From NCBI GenBank assembly GCA_036830905.1, contig DAISNS010000001.1:207-64206 (forward strand): DNA of 64,000 bases. The letters are read 5' to 3'. Both the position numbers and the translations under genes were made by a program. Position 1 is the first letter of the stretch; every line of letters begins with the position of its first letter. Source of the DNA: Clostridiales bacterium (GTDB lineage Bacteria > Bacillota > Clostridia > Oscillospirales > Acutalibacteraceae). This document shows, piece after piece, positions 30,449 to 39,560 of the stretch. The notes below the pieces were generated by a model that was not told the DNA's origin, searched no databases, and saw nothing but the letters and a program-made list of their open reading frames with translations.

Positions 30449-31150
30449 TTACTTCACGTTCTCCAGCTTCGTAACGAACGCGCGCGACATGTCGTTCCCC
30501 TTGATGACGCCGGTGTAGGTCACTTTGATCCTGTCGCCGATGACCATGCTTTTCAGGTCGGTGGTATCCACGTCCACCCTGCGGACCATAAGCTCCGCGC
30601 CGTCGTCCGTTTTCAGCGTGATGCTCATCATGGCGCCGTCCTCCATAATGCCGGTGATGGTGTGGGGCGTCTTGTCGAAGGCTTTGTCCTGCGCGGCGGG
30701 CATCGGGGCGCTGTCGGAGGCGACCCAGGTGTAAACTTTTCCGTCGGCCGGGTCGACCAGGACCGTCGGGCCCACCGAGTAGTCCTCGCCCCAGATGCTG
30801 AACGCCTGGTAGGCTTTGCCGTTCACCGTCTTTTCCTTTTCCGCTTTCAGGTGGTATTTGTTCCAGTCCAGGTCGATGGCCGTCTTCGCGAGATCCTCGT
30901 ATTTCCGCGCCGCGGCGGACGGTGCGGAAGAGGGCTCCGCAGAGGAAACGGAATTTGCGGCGGAGCCGTCCGAACCGGCGGAAGGCGCGGCTCCCGGGCC
31001 CGCCTGCGAAGACGCGCCGGAAAAAACGGAAGCGGAGGAAACGGGGGCCGGCAGGGAATTGTTCCCGCTGTTCTGCGTAAAGCGGTAGATCAGCCAGCCC
31101 ACGCCGGCAAGCACGGCGGCGAGCAGGACGATCAGCCAGAATTTCTTCAT
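30449..31150 (-). CDS. Hypothetical membrane-anchored exported protein
   Basis: RBS AAGGAGGA; N-terminal TM/signal, Ser/Ala/Pro linker and two small domains, the last resembling an OB-fold (TITG...GDRIKVTYTG); promoter TTGTCA-17-TATAGT upstream. Confidence 0.75.
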   Translation of the reverse strand: MKKFWLIVLLAAVLAGVGWLIYRFTQNSGNNSLPAPVSSASVFSGASSQAGPGAAPSAGSDGSAANSVSSAEPSSAPSAAARKYEDLAKTAIDLDWNKYHLKAEKEKTVNGKAYQAFSIWGEDYSVGPTVLVDPADGKVYTWVASDSAPMPAAQDKAFDKTPHTITGIMEDGAMMSITLKTDDGAELMVRRVDVDTTDLKSMVIGDRIKVTYTGVIKGNDMSRAFVTKLENVK

Positions 31151-31262
31151 GTTGGATGGACTCCTCCTTTGCTCGATGCAACTTAATTTCTTTTACACTA
31201 TATCGCATTGCGGCGGGAATGACAAGAAAAAAGACAATTTTGTAAAATTTATGCGGCGAAAA

Positions 31263-31291
31263 TTGCAAACGCGCCGATTCGCTGATATAAT
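31263..31291 (+). promoter_or_regulatory. Sigma-A promoter of the methyltransferase gene
   Basis: TTGCAA-17 bp-TATAAT. Confidence 0.7.
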
Positions 31292-31368
31292 GAAGTGCAA
31301 CATACCGGGAAATCAGACCGGCGGTGCGGCGAAGGGCCGCGCTTATCTTTTTATGCGGAGGAACGTGA

Positions 31369-32595
31369 ATGAAGCAGGTGCGGAGCTTTCCGAAAGTCAG
31401 CGTCACGCGCAAGGCGGAGACGGGCGTGCTCGGCGGGCACCCCTGGATCTACGACACCGAAGTCACCGCCGCGGAGCCGTGCGAAAACGGCGCCCTGGCC
31501 GACGTTTTCAGCCGGAGCGGCGCATATCTCGGCACCGGCTTTTACAACGAGCACTCGAAGATCCGCGTGCGCCTGATTTCCCGCAACGCAAACGACGCGT
31601 TCGACGAGGCGTTTTTCGAGCGCCGCCTGCGCTACGCGTGGCAGTACCGCAAAGCCGTGATGGGGCCGGACGTCTCCTGCTGCCGCGTCGTGTTCGGCGA
31701 GGCGGACGCCTTTCCCGGCCTTACGGCGGACCGGTTCGAAAACATCCTCGTGACGCAGACGCTTTCACTCGGCGTCGAGCGTCTCAAGCCGATGCTTTTC
31801 CCGCTGCTGCGCCGCGTTCTGGCGGAGGACGGCGTGCGGATCGACGGCATCTACGAACGCAACGACGCCGCGATCCGGGAGCTGGAGGGCATGGAGCGGA
31901 ACGCGGGCTTCTTCCCGCTGCCCGGCGTGCCGGAGCCGGAGCTGGACCGCGTGCCGATCACGGAAAACGGCGTGCGCTACCTCGTGGACTTCAAAAACGG
32001 GCAGAAAACGGGGTTCTTTCTCGACCAGAAATACAACCGCCGCGCCGTGGCCCGGCTGTGCCGCGGCATGCGCGTGCTGGACTGCTTCACCGACACGGGC
32101 TCCTTCGCGCTGAACGCGGCGCTTGCCGGAGCGGAAAGCGTGCGCGCGGTGGATATCTCCGCCTCCGCGATCGGGGCCGCGGAGGAAAACGCCCGGCTCA
32201 ACGGCGTGGAGGGGAAGGTCGGCTTCGAGGTCGCAAACGTGTTCGACCTGTTGCCGCGCCTCGCGGAAACGGAGAAAAACCGGTACGATCTCGTGATCCT
32301 CGACCCGCCGGCGTTCACGAAATCCCGCAGGACGGTTTCCGGCGCCGAACGCGGTTACAAGGAGATCAACTACCGGGCGATGAAGCTGCTGCCGCGCGGC
32401 GGCTACCTGGCCACCTGCTCCTGCTCCCACTTCCTGACGGACGGGCTGTTCCGGGGCATCCTGCGCTCCGCCGCGGCGGACGCCCAGGTTTCGCTGCGCC
32501 AGGTCGAAGCCCGCCAGCAGGCCCCCGACCACCCCATCCTCTGGAACGTGCCGGAGACGGACTACCTGAAGTTTTACATTTTTCAGGTGGTCTGA
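31369..32595 (+). CDS. RlmI/RlmK-like SAM-dependent rRNA methyltransferase (PUA domain)
   Basis: GHPWIY, EADAFPGL..DRF, GQKTGFFLDQ, VLDCF..TGSF, LDPPAF, TCSCS, ETDYLK. Confidence 0.9.
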   Translation: MKQVRSFPKVSVTRKAETGVLGGHPWIYDTEVTAAEPCENGALADVFSRSGAYLGTGFYNEHSKIRVRLISRNANDAFDEAFFERRLRYAWQYRKAVMGPDVSCCRVVFGEADAFPGLTADRFENILVTQTLSLGVERLKPMLFPLLRRVLAEDGVRIDGIYERNDAAIRELEGMERNAGFFPLPGVPEPELDRVPITENGVRYLVDFKNGQKTGFFLDQKYNRRAVARLCRGMRVLDCFTDTGSFALNAALAGAESVRAVDISASAIGAAEENARLNGVEGKVGFEVANVFDLLPRLAETEKNRYDLVILDPPAFTKSRRTVSGAERGYKEINYRAMKLLPRGGYLATCSCSHFLTDGLFRGILRSAAADAQVSLRQVEARQQAPDHPILWNVPETDYLKFYIFQVV

Positions 32596-32644
32596 CGCCC
32601 CGTTCCGCGCGGCCGCTTTCCGGCTGGGAAAGAATTCCCCCGCC

Positions 32645-32708
32645 TTGCGCAAACGTCCGGATCCGTTTATACTAAATTACATTACTATGGATTGCTTTGG
32701 ATTGCTTT
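32645..32708 (+). promoter_or_regulatory. mltG-like gene promoter with a downstream 10-bp tandem repeat
   Basis: TTGCGC-17 bp-TATACT (32645-32673), then TGGATTGCTT twice (32688-32707). Confidence 0.5.
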
Positions 32709-32850
32709 CTATATTATATTATCGTCCGTCGCGCGGAGCGGCGGCCCGGAGGACGGGCCGCCCGGATCTGCCGGAACGGTCCCGCTGCGCTTCCGTGCGA
32801 AACCCGTCGCTTCCGGTCGGCTCATTTTTCAGAGGGGGATGATTCTCCGT

Positions 32851-33852
32851 ATGCAACGACACCAGACCGCTTCGCTGCTCTGCGCCCTGCTGGTTTTCCT
32901 GGCCGGGTGCTCCGACGGGAAGGCCGCAAGCTCCGCGGCGTCCACGGCCGTTTCCGGGGGCGGGGTCGAGACAGGGTTTTCGCGGGCCGACGAACTGGAG
33001 TCGGCTCTGCTGGCGCAGGACAGCTCGAGGCCGGACTCGTCCGCTGCCTCCGCTCCTTCTTCGGCGGCGAGCGGCTCCGGAGCTTCTTCCGGGCGGACGC
33101 CCGTTTCCTCGGCGGAGGGGAAGAGCCCCGGTTCCGCTTCCTCGGATTCCTCGGAGCAGGAGCCGACCGTCGTGACGCTCACGTTCCCGGAGGGCTTCAC
33201 CATCGCGCAGATCGGCGCGCGGCTCGAAGCGAACCATGTGTGCTCCAAGGCGGACTTCATCAAGAGCGCGCAGACGTACGACTTCACCTATTATCCGCTC
33301 GTGAAGGCGATCCCCGCGGACGGGAAGCGCGCCTATAAGCTGGAGGGCTACCTGTTTCCGGATACTTACGAGCTTTACACGAACATGAAGCCGCAGGACG
33401 TTGTCGGCAAATTCCTGCGGAATGCGGAGAGCAGGATCGACGGAAAGTACAGCTCCGGCGGCATGACGACCGATCAGCTGGTCACGCTCGCGTCCATCGT
33501 CGAGGGGGAGGCGGACAATCCGGAGGACATGAAAAAGGTTTCCTCGGTTTTCCACAACCGGTTGAAAGACGGCAAACGGCTGGAAGCCGACGCCACGCGC
33601 ACCTACTGCACGCAGACGCTTCTCGCGCCGAACGGCCCGTTTTCCGACGACTATAAATATTACTACAATACGTACCGCTGCGCGGCGCTCCCGGCCGGGC
33701 CTGTCTGCAACCCGGGCGAGGCGGCCCTGTACGCGGCGGCGAACCCCGCTTCCACCGATTATTACTTCTTCATCACGGCAAACGGAAAATATTACTACCA
33801 GAAAACGCTGGAAGAGCACGATGCGAAGCTCAAGGAGCTCGGCATGGATTAG
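32851..33852 (+). CDS. MltG/YceG-family endolytic transglycosylase, predicted lipoprotein
   Basis: Lipobox FLAGC; Ser-rich linker; TFPEGFT, LEGYLFPDTY, ASIVEGEA (catalytic Glu), YNTY...LPAGPVCNPG..AL.AA.NP. Confidence 0.85.
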   Translation: MQRHQTASLLCALLVFLAGCSDGKAASSAASTAVSGGGVETGFSRADELESALLAQDSSRPDSSAASAPSSAASGSGASSGRTPVSSAEGKSPGSASSDSSEQEPTVVTLTFPEGFTIAQIGARLEANHVCSKADFIKSAQTYDFTYYPLVKAIPADGKRAYKLEGYLFPDTYELYTNMKPQDVVGKFLRNAESRIDGKYSSGGMTTDQLVTLASIVEGEADNPEDMKKVSSVFHNRLKDGKRLEADATRTYCTQTLLAPNGPFSDDYKYYYNTYRCAALPAGPVCNPGEAALYAAANPASTDYYFFITANGKYYYQKTLEEHDAKLKELGMD

Positions 33853-33871
33853 CTTTCAGGAAAAGAAACGG

Positions 33872-33909
33872 GGCGGGCCCGCCGGAAAAACCGGCAGGGC
33901 CCGCCTTTT
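33872..33909. terminator. Bidirectional terminator between mltG-like gene and sbcC
   Basis: GGCGGGCCC-GCCGG-AAAAA-CCGGC-A-GGGCCCGCC followed by TTTT, with an A run on the left. Confidence 0.7.
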
Positions 33910-33925
33910 CGCGCCGCGCGGCCGC

Positions 33926-36900
33926 TCACCCTTTTTCGATGCGCAGGGTGCTCCCGCCCACGCCGCGCTTCACCACGATGCGGCGGTCGATCTGCTCGCG
34001 CAGCTCCTCCACGTGCGAGATGATGCCCACCAGCCGCCCGCCGCCCGTCAGGCCCGCCAGGGCGGCCACGGCCTGCCTGCGGGATTCGTCGTCCAGCGTG
34101 CCGAAGCCCTCGTCCACGAACATCGTCTCGATGCGCACGCCGCCCGAGGAGGCCTGCACCACGTCCGAAAGGCCGAGCGCCAGCGCCAGCGCAGCCTTGA
34201 ACGATTCGCCGCCGGAGAGCGACTTCACGTCGCGCGGGCGGCCCGTGTAGCGGTCCATCACGTCCAGGTCCAGGCCGAAGCGCACGCGCAGGTCGGTGGA
34301 TTCCTCGCGCCGCAGGAGCTCGTAGCGCCCGTCCGTCATGGCGGAAAGGCGCAGGTTCGCCTGCCGCAGCACGCGGCCGAAATACGCCGCCTGCACGAAC
34401 TGCTCGAAATTCAGCCGCTGGCGCCCGGGCAGCGCCCCGTTCGCCGTGCGGTCCAGGTCGAGGGCGCGCTCGTAGGCCGCGGTCAGTTTTTTTCGCGCGG
34501 CGAGCGCGGCCCCGACGCGCTCCGCGCAGCGGCGGTTCGTGTCCAGCCGGAGCTGGAGCCCGCGCAGGCCGCTTTCCGCCTCCGACTCCGCGGCGGCGGC
34601 TTTTTCCAGCTCCGCCTGCAGCGCGCCGGGGTCCTCGCGCGCTTTCCCCGCCGTTTCCCGCGCGAGGCGCTCCGACGTCTCCCGCGCGCGGGCGCGCTCC
34701 TCGCGGTACGATTCGAGGGAGCTTTGCAGCGCTTTTTCCTTCTCCGGCGGCAGGAGCGCGGCAAGGAAGTCCTCTTCGCCGGAAAAGCCGGCCTCCGCGA
34801 GCTTTTCCCGGAACGCGGCCCGCGCCGCCTCCTCGCGCCCTGCCTGCGCGGAGAGGCTTTTCTCGCTTTCCGCGAGGACGGCCCGCGCCGCGGCGAGGTC
34901 GTTTTCCCGCGCGTTCTTCGCCTTCTGCGCCCGTTCCAGCGCGGCCTTCAGTTCCGCGAGTTCCCGGTTCCGCGCGGCGAGCGCTTCCCGCGCCTGTTCC
35001 CCGGTGCCGAAGGGGAGGGCGTCCGCGAGCGCCTCCGCCTCCGACCGGCCGGCGGCGAGCGCGGCGGCGAGCGCGTTCCGGCGTTCTTCGAGTTCCTTCG
35101 CTCCGGCTTCCAGCTTTTCCAGCTCCGCCTCGCAATTTTTCCGCCGTCCCTCGAGCGCGTCCTTTTCCGCGCGGTCCTTTTCCAGCGCGGAAAGCTCCCG
35201 CGCAAGCCGCTTTTCCGCCTCGCGGGAATCCTCGAGCGCCTGCGCGGCGCGCTCCCGGAGCGCCTGCACGCTCTTGCAGGCGGAGAGGTCGCCCAGAAGC
35301 GGGGCGGCCGAGGCGCGAAGGTTGGAAACGTCCGCGTCGAGCTTCGCTTTCAGGCGGCCGAGCTCGAGGCTGGCGCGGTTCAGCTCTTCGAGCCGGGCGT
35401 CGCGCGCGGCGCGCAGCTCGCGCAGGCGCGCTTCGCTCGGGGCGTTTTTCTCCGCTTCCGCCGGGCGGGGATGGGCCCGGGAGCCGCACACCGGGCACGG
35501 CTCGCCGTCCCGCAGCGAGGAGGCGATCACGCCCGCCTGCGCGCGCAGGAACGCGAGCTCGGCGCGGTCCGCCTCTTCCTTTGCCGCGCGGTAGCGGCTT
35601 TCGGCGGCGGGGTATTTCTCGTGGCGGGATTTCCACGCTTCGTGCGTCTTCAGGATTTCCTGCACGTTTTGCAGGAGAGCGTCCAGCTCCGCGGTGGCCC
35701 GCGCCTGCCGCTGCGCGTCGCCTCTGCGGGAGACGAGGCGCACCTCGGCGTCCTTCCGCGTTTCCAGCTCCAGCGCGAGGCGGGCGAGCTCCGCTTTCTC
35801 CGTCTCCCGCTTTTTCCGCGCGGCCTCGCAGGCGTCCTGCGCCTGCCGCGCTTCCCGCGCGAGCTTTTCCGCTTCCCGCCGGACCGACCGGAGTTTCTCG
35901 TACCGCGGCGCGGCGGCCGTCAGCGCGGCGATCTCGCCGGCAAGCGCCGTGCGGCGCGGCTCCTTCGCGCGCTCCGTTTCCAGGGCTTCGGCGAGCGGGG
36001 CCAGCTCGCCGGACACCGCCGCGATCTTTGTCTTCGCCTCGGCGATGGCGCGCCGCAGCCGGTCGGACGCCTCTTTTTCCCGCCGCCAGCCCTCCCGCGC
36101 GGGGGCGGCGACTGCGCGCGCGCGCCCGGCGCTCCGCAGCGCCGCTTCGGTTTTCTCCATCTCGGCGGCGCGGGCTTCGAGACGCGCCGCCTGCTTTTCG
36201 GCTTCCCCCAGCTCGTCGAAGAGCCGGCCGACCCGCCGGCATTCCGCGAGGCGCGCGGTCAGGGCGTCCGCACGTTCCCGCGCGGCTTTCCGCCGCGCGT
36301 CCGCGGCCTTTGCCGCCGCTTCGTCCGCCTTTGCCGCCGCGCGGATGCGTTCCAGCAGGCCGGGCGCGAGGCTCACGTTGTCCCGCGCCGCGAACCCGGC
36401 GAGAACCTCCGCCGTCAGAACGGTTCCGTCCGGCCGGGCGGCGGAAGCGTCCTGAAAGACGCCGCGGGCGTTTTCCTCCATCTGTTTTTCCAGGTCCTGC
36501 CTGCGCGCGCGCAGGATGTCCTGCACGCGGCGGCACACGCCCGTGTCGAACACGCGGCGGAAGATCTCGGAGCGCTCGGCGCTGTCCGCGAGCAGGAGCT
36601 TCAGGAATTCCCCCTGCGCGATCATGGCGGTCTGGCGGAACTGCCGGCAGTCGATGCCGAGCAGATCCGCAACCGCGCGCGTCACGGCGGTCGCGCCGGA
36701 GCAGACCGTGCCGTCCGGGCGCGTCAGCTCGGCGTCCGCGTTCGCCGTCGTGGTCCCGCCGCCGCGTTTCGGCTTCTGGTAGCGCGGACTGCGCGCCACC
36801 TTGTAGATTTTTCCGCCGTGGGAGAAGGTCAGCTCCACGTAGGGCTTCTCCTCCGGCGCGGCGAAATTGCTGCGCAGGGACTCCGGCGTGCGCACGGAGC

Positions 36901-37072
36901 CGCTCGCCTCGCCGTAAAGCGCGAAGGTGACGGCGTCAAAAATCGTCGTCTTGCCCGCGCCCGTGTCGCCGCAGATGAGGAAAAGGCCGTCCGGCCCGAG
37001 TTCGGAAAAGCGCACCTCCGTGCGTCGGGCGTAAGGCCCGAAGGCGTTCATCGCGAGAAGCAGCGGTTTCAC
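33926..37072 (-). CDS. sbcC: SbcC (Rad50-like SMC ATPase)
   Basis: Walker A GDTGAGKTT, long coiled coil, zinc hook CPVCG, LSGGE, FVDEGFGTLD, IISHV. Confidence 0.95.
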   Translation of the reverse strand: MKPLLLAMNAFGPYARRTEVRFSELGPDGLFLICGDTGAGKTTIFDAVTFALYGEASGSVRTPESLRSNFAAPEEKPYVELTFSHGGKIYKVARSPRYQKPKRGGGTTTANADAELTRPDGTVCSGATAVTRAVADLLGIDCRQFRQTAMIAQGEFLKLLLADSAERSEIFRRVFDTGVCRRVQDILRARRQDLEKQMEENARGVFQDASAARPDGTVLTAEVLAGFAARDNVSLAPGLLERIRAAAKADEAAAKAADARRKAARERADALTARLAECRRVGRLFDELGEAEKQAARLEARAAEMEKTEAALRSAGRARAVAAPAREGWRREKEASDRLRRAIAEAKTKIAAVSGELAPLAEALETERAKEPRRTALAGEIAALTAAAPRYEKLRSVRREAEKLAREARQAQDACEAARKKRETEKAELARLALELETRKDAEVRLVSRRGDAQRQARATAELDALLQNVQEILKTHEAWKSRHEKYPAAESRYRAAKEEADRAELAFLRAQAGVIASSLRDGEPCPVCGSRAHPRPAEAEKNAPSEARLRELRAARDARLEELNRASLELGRLKAKLDADVSNLRASAAPLLGDLSACKSVQALRERAAQALEDSREAEKRLARELSALEKDRAEKDALEGRRKNCEAELEKLEAGAKELEERRNALAAALAAGRSEAEALADALPFGTGEQAREALAARNRELAELKAALERAQKAKNARENDLAAARAVLAESEKSLSAQAGREEAARAAFREKLAEAGFSGEEDFLAALLPPEKEKALQSSLESYREERARARETSERLARETAGKAREDPGALQAELEKAAAAESEAESGLRGLQLRLDTNRRCAERVGAALAARKKLTAAYERALDLDRTANGALPGRQRLNFEQFVQAAYFGRVLRQANLRLSAMTDGRYELLRREESTDLRVRFGLDLDVMDRYTGRPRDVKSLSGGESFKAALALALGLSDVVQASSGGVRIETMFVDEGFGTLDDESRRQAVAALAGLTGGGRLVGIISHVEELREQIDRRIVVKRGVGGSTLRIEKG

Positions 37073-38226
37073 GGTTCGTCCTCCCCCTCTTCCGCCGCGC
37101 GCACGGCGTCCTCCAGCGCGCCGCGCTCATCCTCCGGCAGCCCGCGCCCGTTCTGGATTTTGTAGAATTCCCCAAAGAGCGCCTCCGGGGTGCGGTGCGC
37201 CACGTCGCCGGAGGCGGCGGTCTTCGACGGGGCGTCCGGATCCCGCGCGTCCTCGAAGTCGATGCACATCAGGTTCGGGTAGACGGCGCGCAGGCGGTCG
37301 GCGGCGCAGGCCACGGCGCGCCGGTCGGTGAGCACGGCGCGGACATAGTCGTTGCGGTCGGCGAGCGCGGCGGTCTCCGGCTTCGTCAGCTCGTCGATCG
37401 GTCCGCGGATCTCGCGCATGTCGTGCGGGGCGGCGAGCGGGACGAGCGAGACGCCGACGCTTCCCTTTTCCTTCAGCTCCACCAGCGCGGCGGATTTTTT
37501 CTGCCGCGCCTCCGAGAACGAGTATTTGAGCGGCGAGCCGGCGTAGCGGACCTCCGGGCGGCCGACGCGCTGCGGCCCGTGCAGGTGGCCGAGCGCGACG
37601 TAGTCGAAGCCGTCGAAAGCGGAGGCGTCCACCGCGTCCGTGCCGCCGAGCGACGGCGTCTCGGAGTCGCAGCGCTCCGGCTCCGCGCCGAACGCGGTCA
37701 CGAACTGGTGCGCGACGAGCACGTTCCGCTCCCGCGGGTCGATCTTCGCGGCGCCAAGCGCGGCGCGCACGGCGCTTTCGCAGGTGGCGGTCTGCTCCGG
37801 CGGGAAGTAGGGCGCGGCGTACGCCGGCTTCAGGAACGGCAGCAGCCAGAAATGCACGGGGCCGTACGCGTCGCGCAGCGTCGCTTCCTCCGGGCGGCCG
37901 CGGAAGCGCCCGGCGATCGTCACGCCGTTCCGGCTCATGATGCGGCTGCCGAAATCGAGCCGCTCGGGCGAGTCGTGGTTGCCGCTCACGGCGAGCACGG
38001 CGACGCCCCGCCGGGCCAGCTCCGTCAGGAACCAGTCCAGCAGCTCCACGGCCTCGGCCGGGGGCACGCTGCGGTCGTACAGGTCGCCGGCGATCACCGC
38101 CGCGTCCGGTTTTTCCGCGTCGGCGGCGGCGAGGATGCTCCCCAGCACGGCGCGCTGGTCCTCCAGCAGGTCGAACTCGTTCACGCGCTTGCCGAGGTGC
38201 AGGTCGGCCAGATGCAGGAACCTCAT
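37069..38226 (-). CDS. sbcD: SbcD (Mre11-like nuclease)
   Basis: HLADLHLG, IAGDLYD, SGNHDS, AHQF, YVALGHLH, YAGSPLKYSFSE. Confidence 0.96.
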   Translation of the reverse strand: MRFLHLADLHLGKRVNEFDLLEDQRAVLGSILAAADAEKPDAAVIAGDLYDRSVPPAEAVELLDWFLTELARRGVAVLAVSGNHDSPERLDFGSRIMSRNGVTIAGRFRGRPEEATLRDAYGPVHFWLLPFLKPAYAAPYFPPEQTATCESAVRAALGAAKIDPRERNVLVAHQFVTAFGAEPERCDSETPSLGGTDAVDASAFDGFDYVALGHLHGPQRVGRPEVRYAGSPLKYSFSEARQKKSAALVELKEKGSVGVSLVPLAAPHDMREIRGPIDELTKPETAALADRNDYVRAVLTDRRAVACAADRLRAVYPNLMCIDFEDARDPDAPSKTAASGDVAHRTPEALFGEFYKIQNGRGLPEDERGALEDAVRAAEEGEDEP

Positions 38227-38315
38227 GGCTTGCCCGCGCCGTTTTTCACCGCCTGATTGAACCTGCGGTATTCGTCGAAGGTGTACTGAAATTCCACGGT
38301 AAACTTCGGTTCCAT
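38223..38315 (-). CDS. Unannotated 30-aa ORF (MEPKFTVEFQYTFDEYRRFNQAVKNGAGKP) overlapping the sbcD start; possibly a gene remnant
   Basis: RBS AGGGGG 7 nt before the ATG; its TGA overlaps the sbcD ATG (ATGA); too short for the supplied ORF track. Confidence 0.55.
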   Translation of the reverse strand: MEPKFTVEFQYTFDEYRRFNQAVKNGAGKP

Positions 38316-38364
38316 GAAAATCCCCCTGTCCGGCCCTGGGAGGACCGGAAATTTTTCCGCCGGC

Positions 38365-38730
38365 TCAGCGGTCGAGAATCTCGATCCAGTAGCCGTCCGG
38401 GTCCGAGATGAAGTAAAGGTCCATCGCGCGGTTTTCGTAGCAGATGCACCCCATGCGCTCGTGCAGCGCGTGCGCGGCGGCCTTGTCCGGCACGCGGAAC
38501 GCGATGTGCGTCTCGTTGTCGCCGAGGTCGTAGGGCTTCTTCCGGTCGCGCAGCCACGTCAGCTCCAGGCCGTAGTCCGTCTCGCCGTCGCCGAGGAACG
38601 CGATGACGAACGAGCCGTCCTTCGCGCCGATGCGCTTCGTCTCCTTCAGCCCGAGCGCCTCGCCGTAGAACCGGATGCTTCTTTCCAGGTCGAGCACGTT
38701 GAGGTTGGTGTGCAGAAATCTCGACGTCAT
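38365..38730 (-). CDS. VOC family protein (lactoylglutathione lyase / glyoxalase I-like)
   Basis: FLHTNLNVLDLERSIRFY..ALGL, LELTW, HIAF, YFISDPDGYWIEI. Confidence 0.88.
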   Translation of the reverse strand: MTSRFLHTNLNVLDLERSIRFYGEALGLKETKRIGAKDGSFVIAFLGDGETDYGLELTWLRDRKKPYDLGDNETHIAFRVPDKAAAHALHERMGCICYENRAMDLYFISDPDGYWIEILDR

Positions 38731-38816
38731 AAAAATATCCCCGCTTTCCGAATGGTATTGGTATCTTGATTATACCATACCGCTTCGGGAGCGGGGTGCT
38801 TTTCCACGCGAATTTT

Positions 38817-39548
38817 TCAGGCTTTGGCGATCAGGTCGCTGACGACCGCTCCCGCGAGGACCATCCCCGCCACGGGAGGGACAAACGGCACGCTGCCGGG
38901 CGTCGCGCGCCGCGAGGTCGGTTCCGGCGGCGTGTCGGGGTCGGCGCGCGGGGTGCGCGGCGGCTCCTGCGAATACACCACCTTGAGGTGCCCGACGCCG
39001 CGCGCGCGGAGCTCGCGGCGCATCACGCGCGCCAGCGGGCACACGCTCGTGTCGAAAAGATCCGCCACGCGGAACTGCGTCGGGTCCAGCTTGTTGCCCG
39101 CGCCCATCGCGCTGATGATCGGCACGTGCGCCCCGGTTGCGCGCACGGCCAGCTCCAGCTTGGCGGAAACGGTGTCCACCGCGTCCACGATGTAGTCGTA
39201 GCGGGAAAGGTCGAATTCCCCTGCGTTTTCCGCCGTGTAGAAACACTGGTGCTTTTCCACGCGGCAGGCGGGGTTGATGTCGAGGATGCGCTCGGCCATC
39301 ACATCCACTTTAGGCCGGCCGACGGTGGAGTGCAGCGCGATGATCTGCCGGTTGAGGTTGGAAAGCGCGACGCAGTCGCTGTCGAACAGGGCGAGCGAGC
39401 CGACGCCGGCCCGCGCGAGCGCTTCCGCCGCAAACGAACCGACGCCCCCTACGCCGAAGACGGCGACGGAGGCGTTCCGGAGCGCTTCCAGCGCTTCGCG
39501 GCCCAGCAGAAGCTGCGTGCGGGTAAATTCTGCGGGGACTGGTTCCAT
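38817..39548 (-). CDS. tcdA: ThiF-family tRNA threonylcarbamoyladenosine dehydratase (TcdA-like)
   Basis: GVGGVGS..AEALARAGVG, SNLNRQ, DYIVDAVD..SAK, SAMGAGNKLDP, CPLARVMRRELR, PGSVPFVP. Confidence 0.88.
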   Translation of the reverse strand: MEPVPAEFTRTQLLLGREALEALRNASVAVFGVGGVGSFAAEALARAGVGSLALFDSDCVALSNLNRQIIALHSTVGRPKVDVMAERILDINPACRVEKHQCFYTAENAGEFDLSRYDYIVDAVDTVSAKLELAVRATGAHVPIISAMGAGNKLDPTQFRVADLFDTSVCPLARVMRRELRARGVGHLKVVYSQEPPRTPRADPDTPPEPTSRRATPGSVPFVPPVAGMVLAGAVVSDLIAKA

Positions 39549-39560
39549 GTTTTTCTTCCT

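Noticed and set aside
33926..38226. SMC-like ATPase plus nuclease as a novel defence system
   Set aside because: Motifs, sizes and order match housekeeping SbcCD, with no accessory defence genes.
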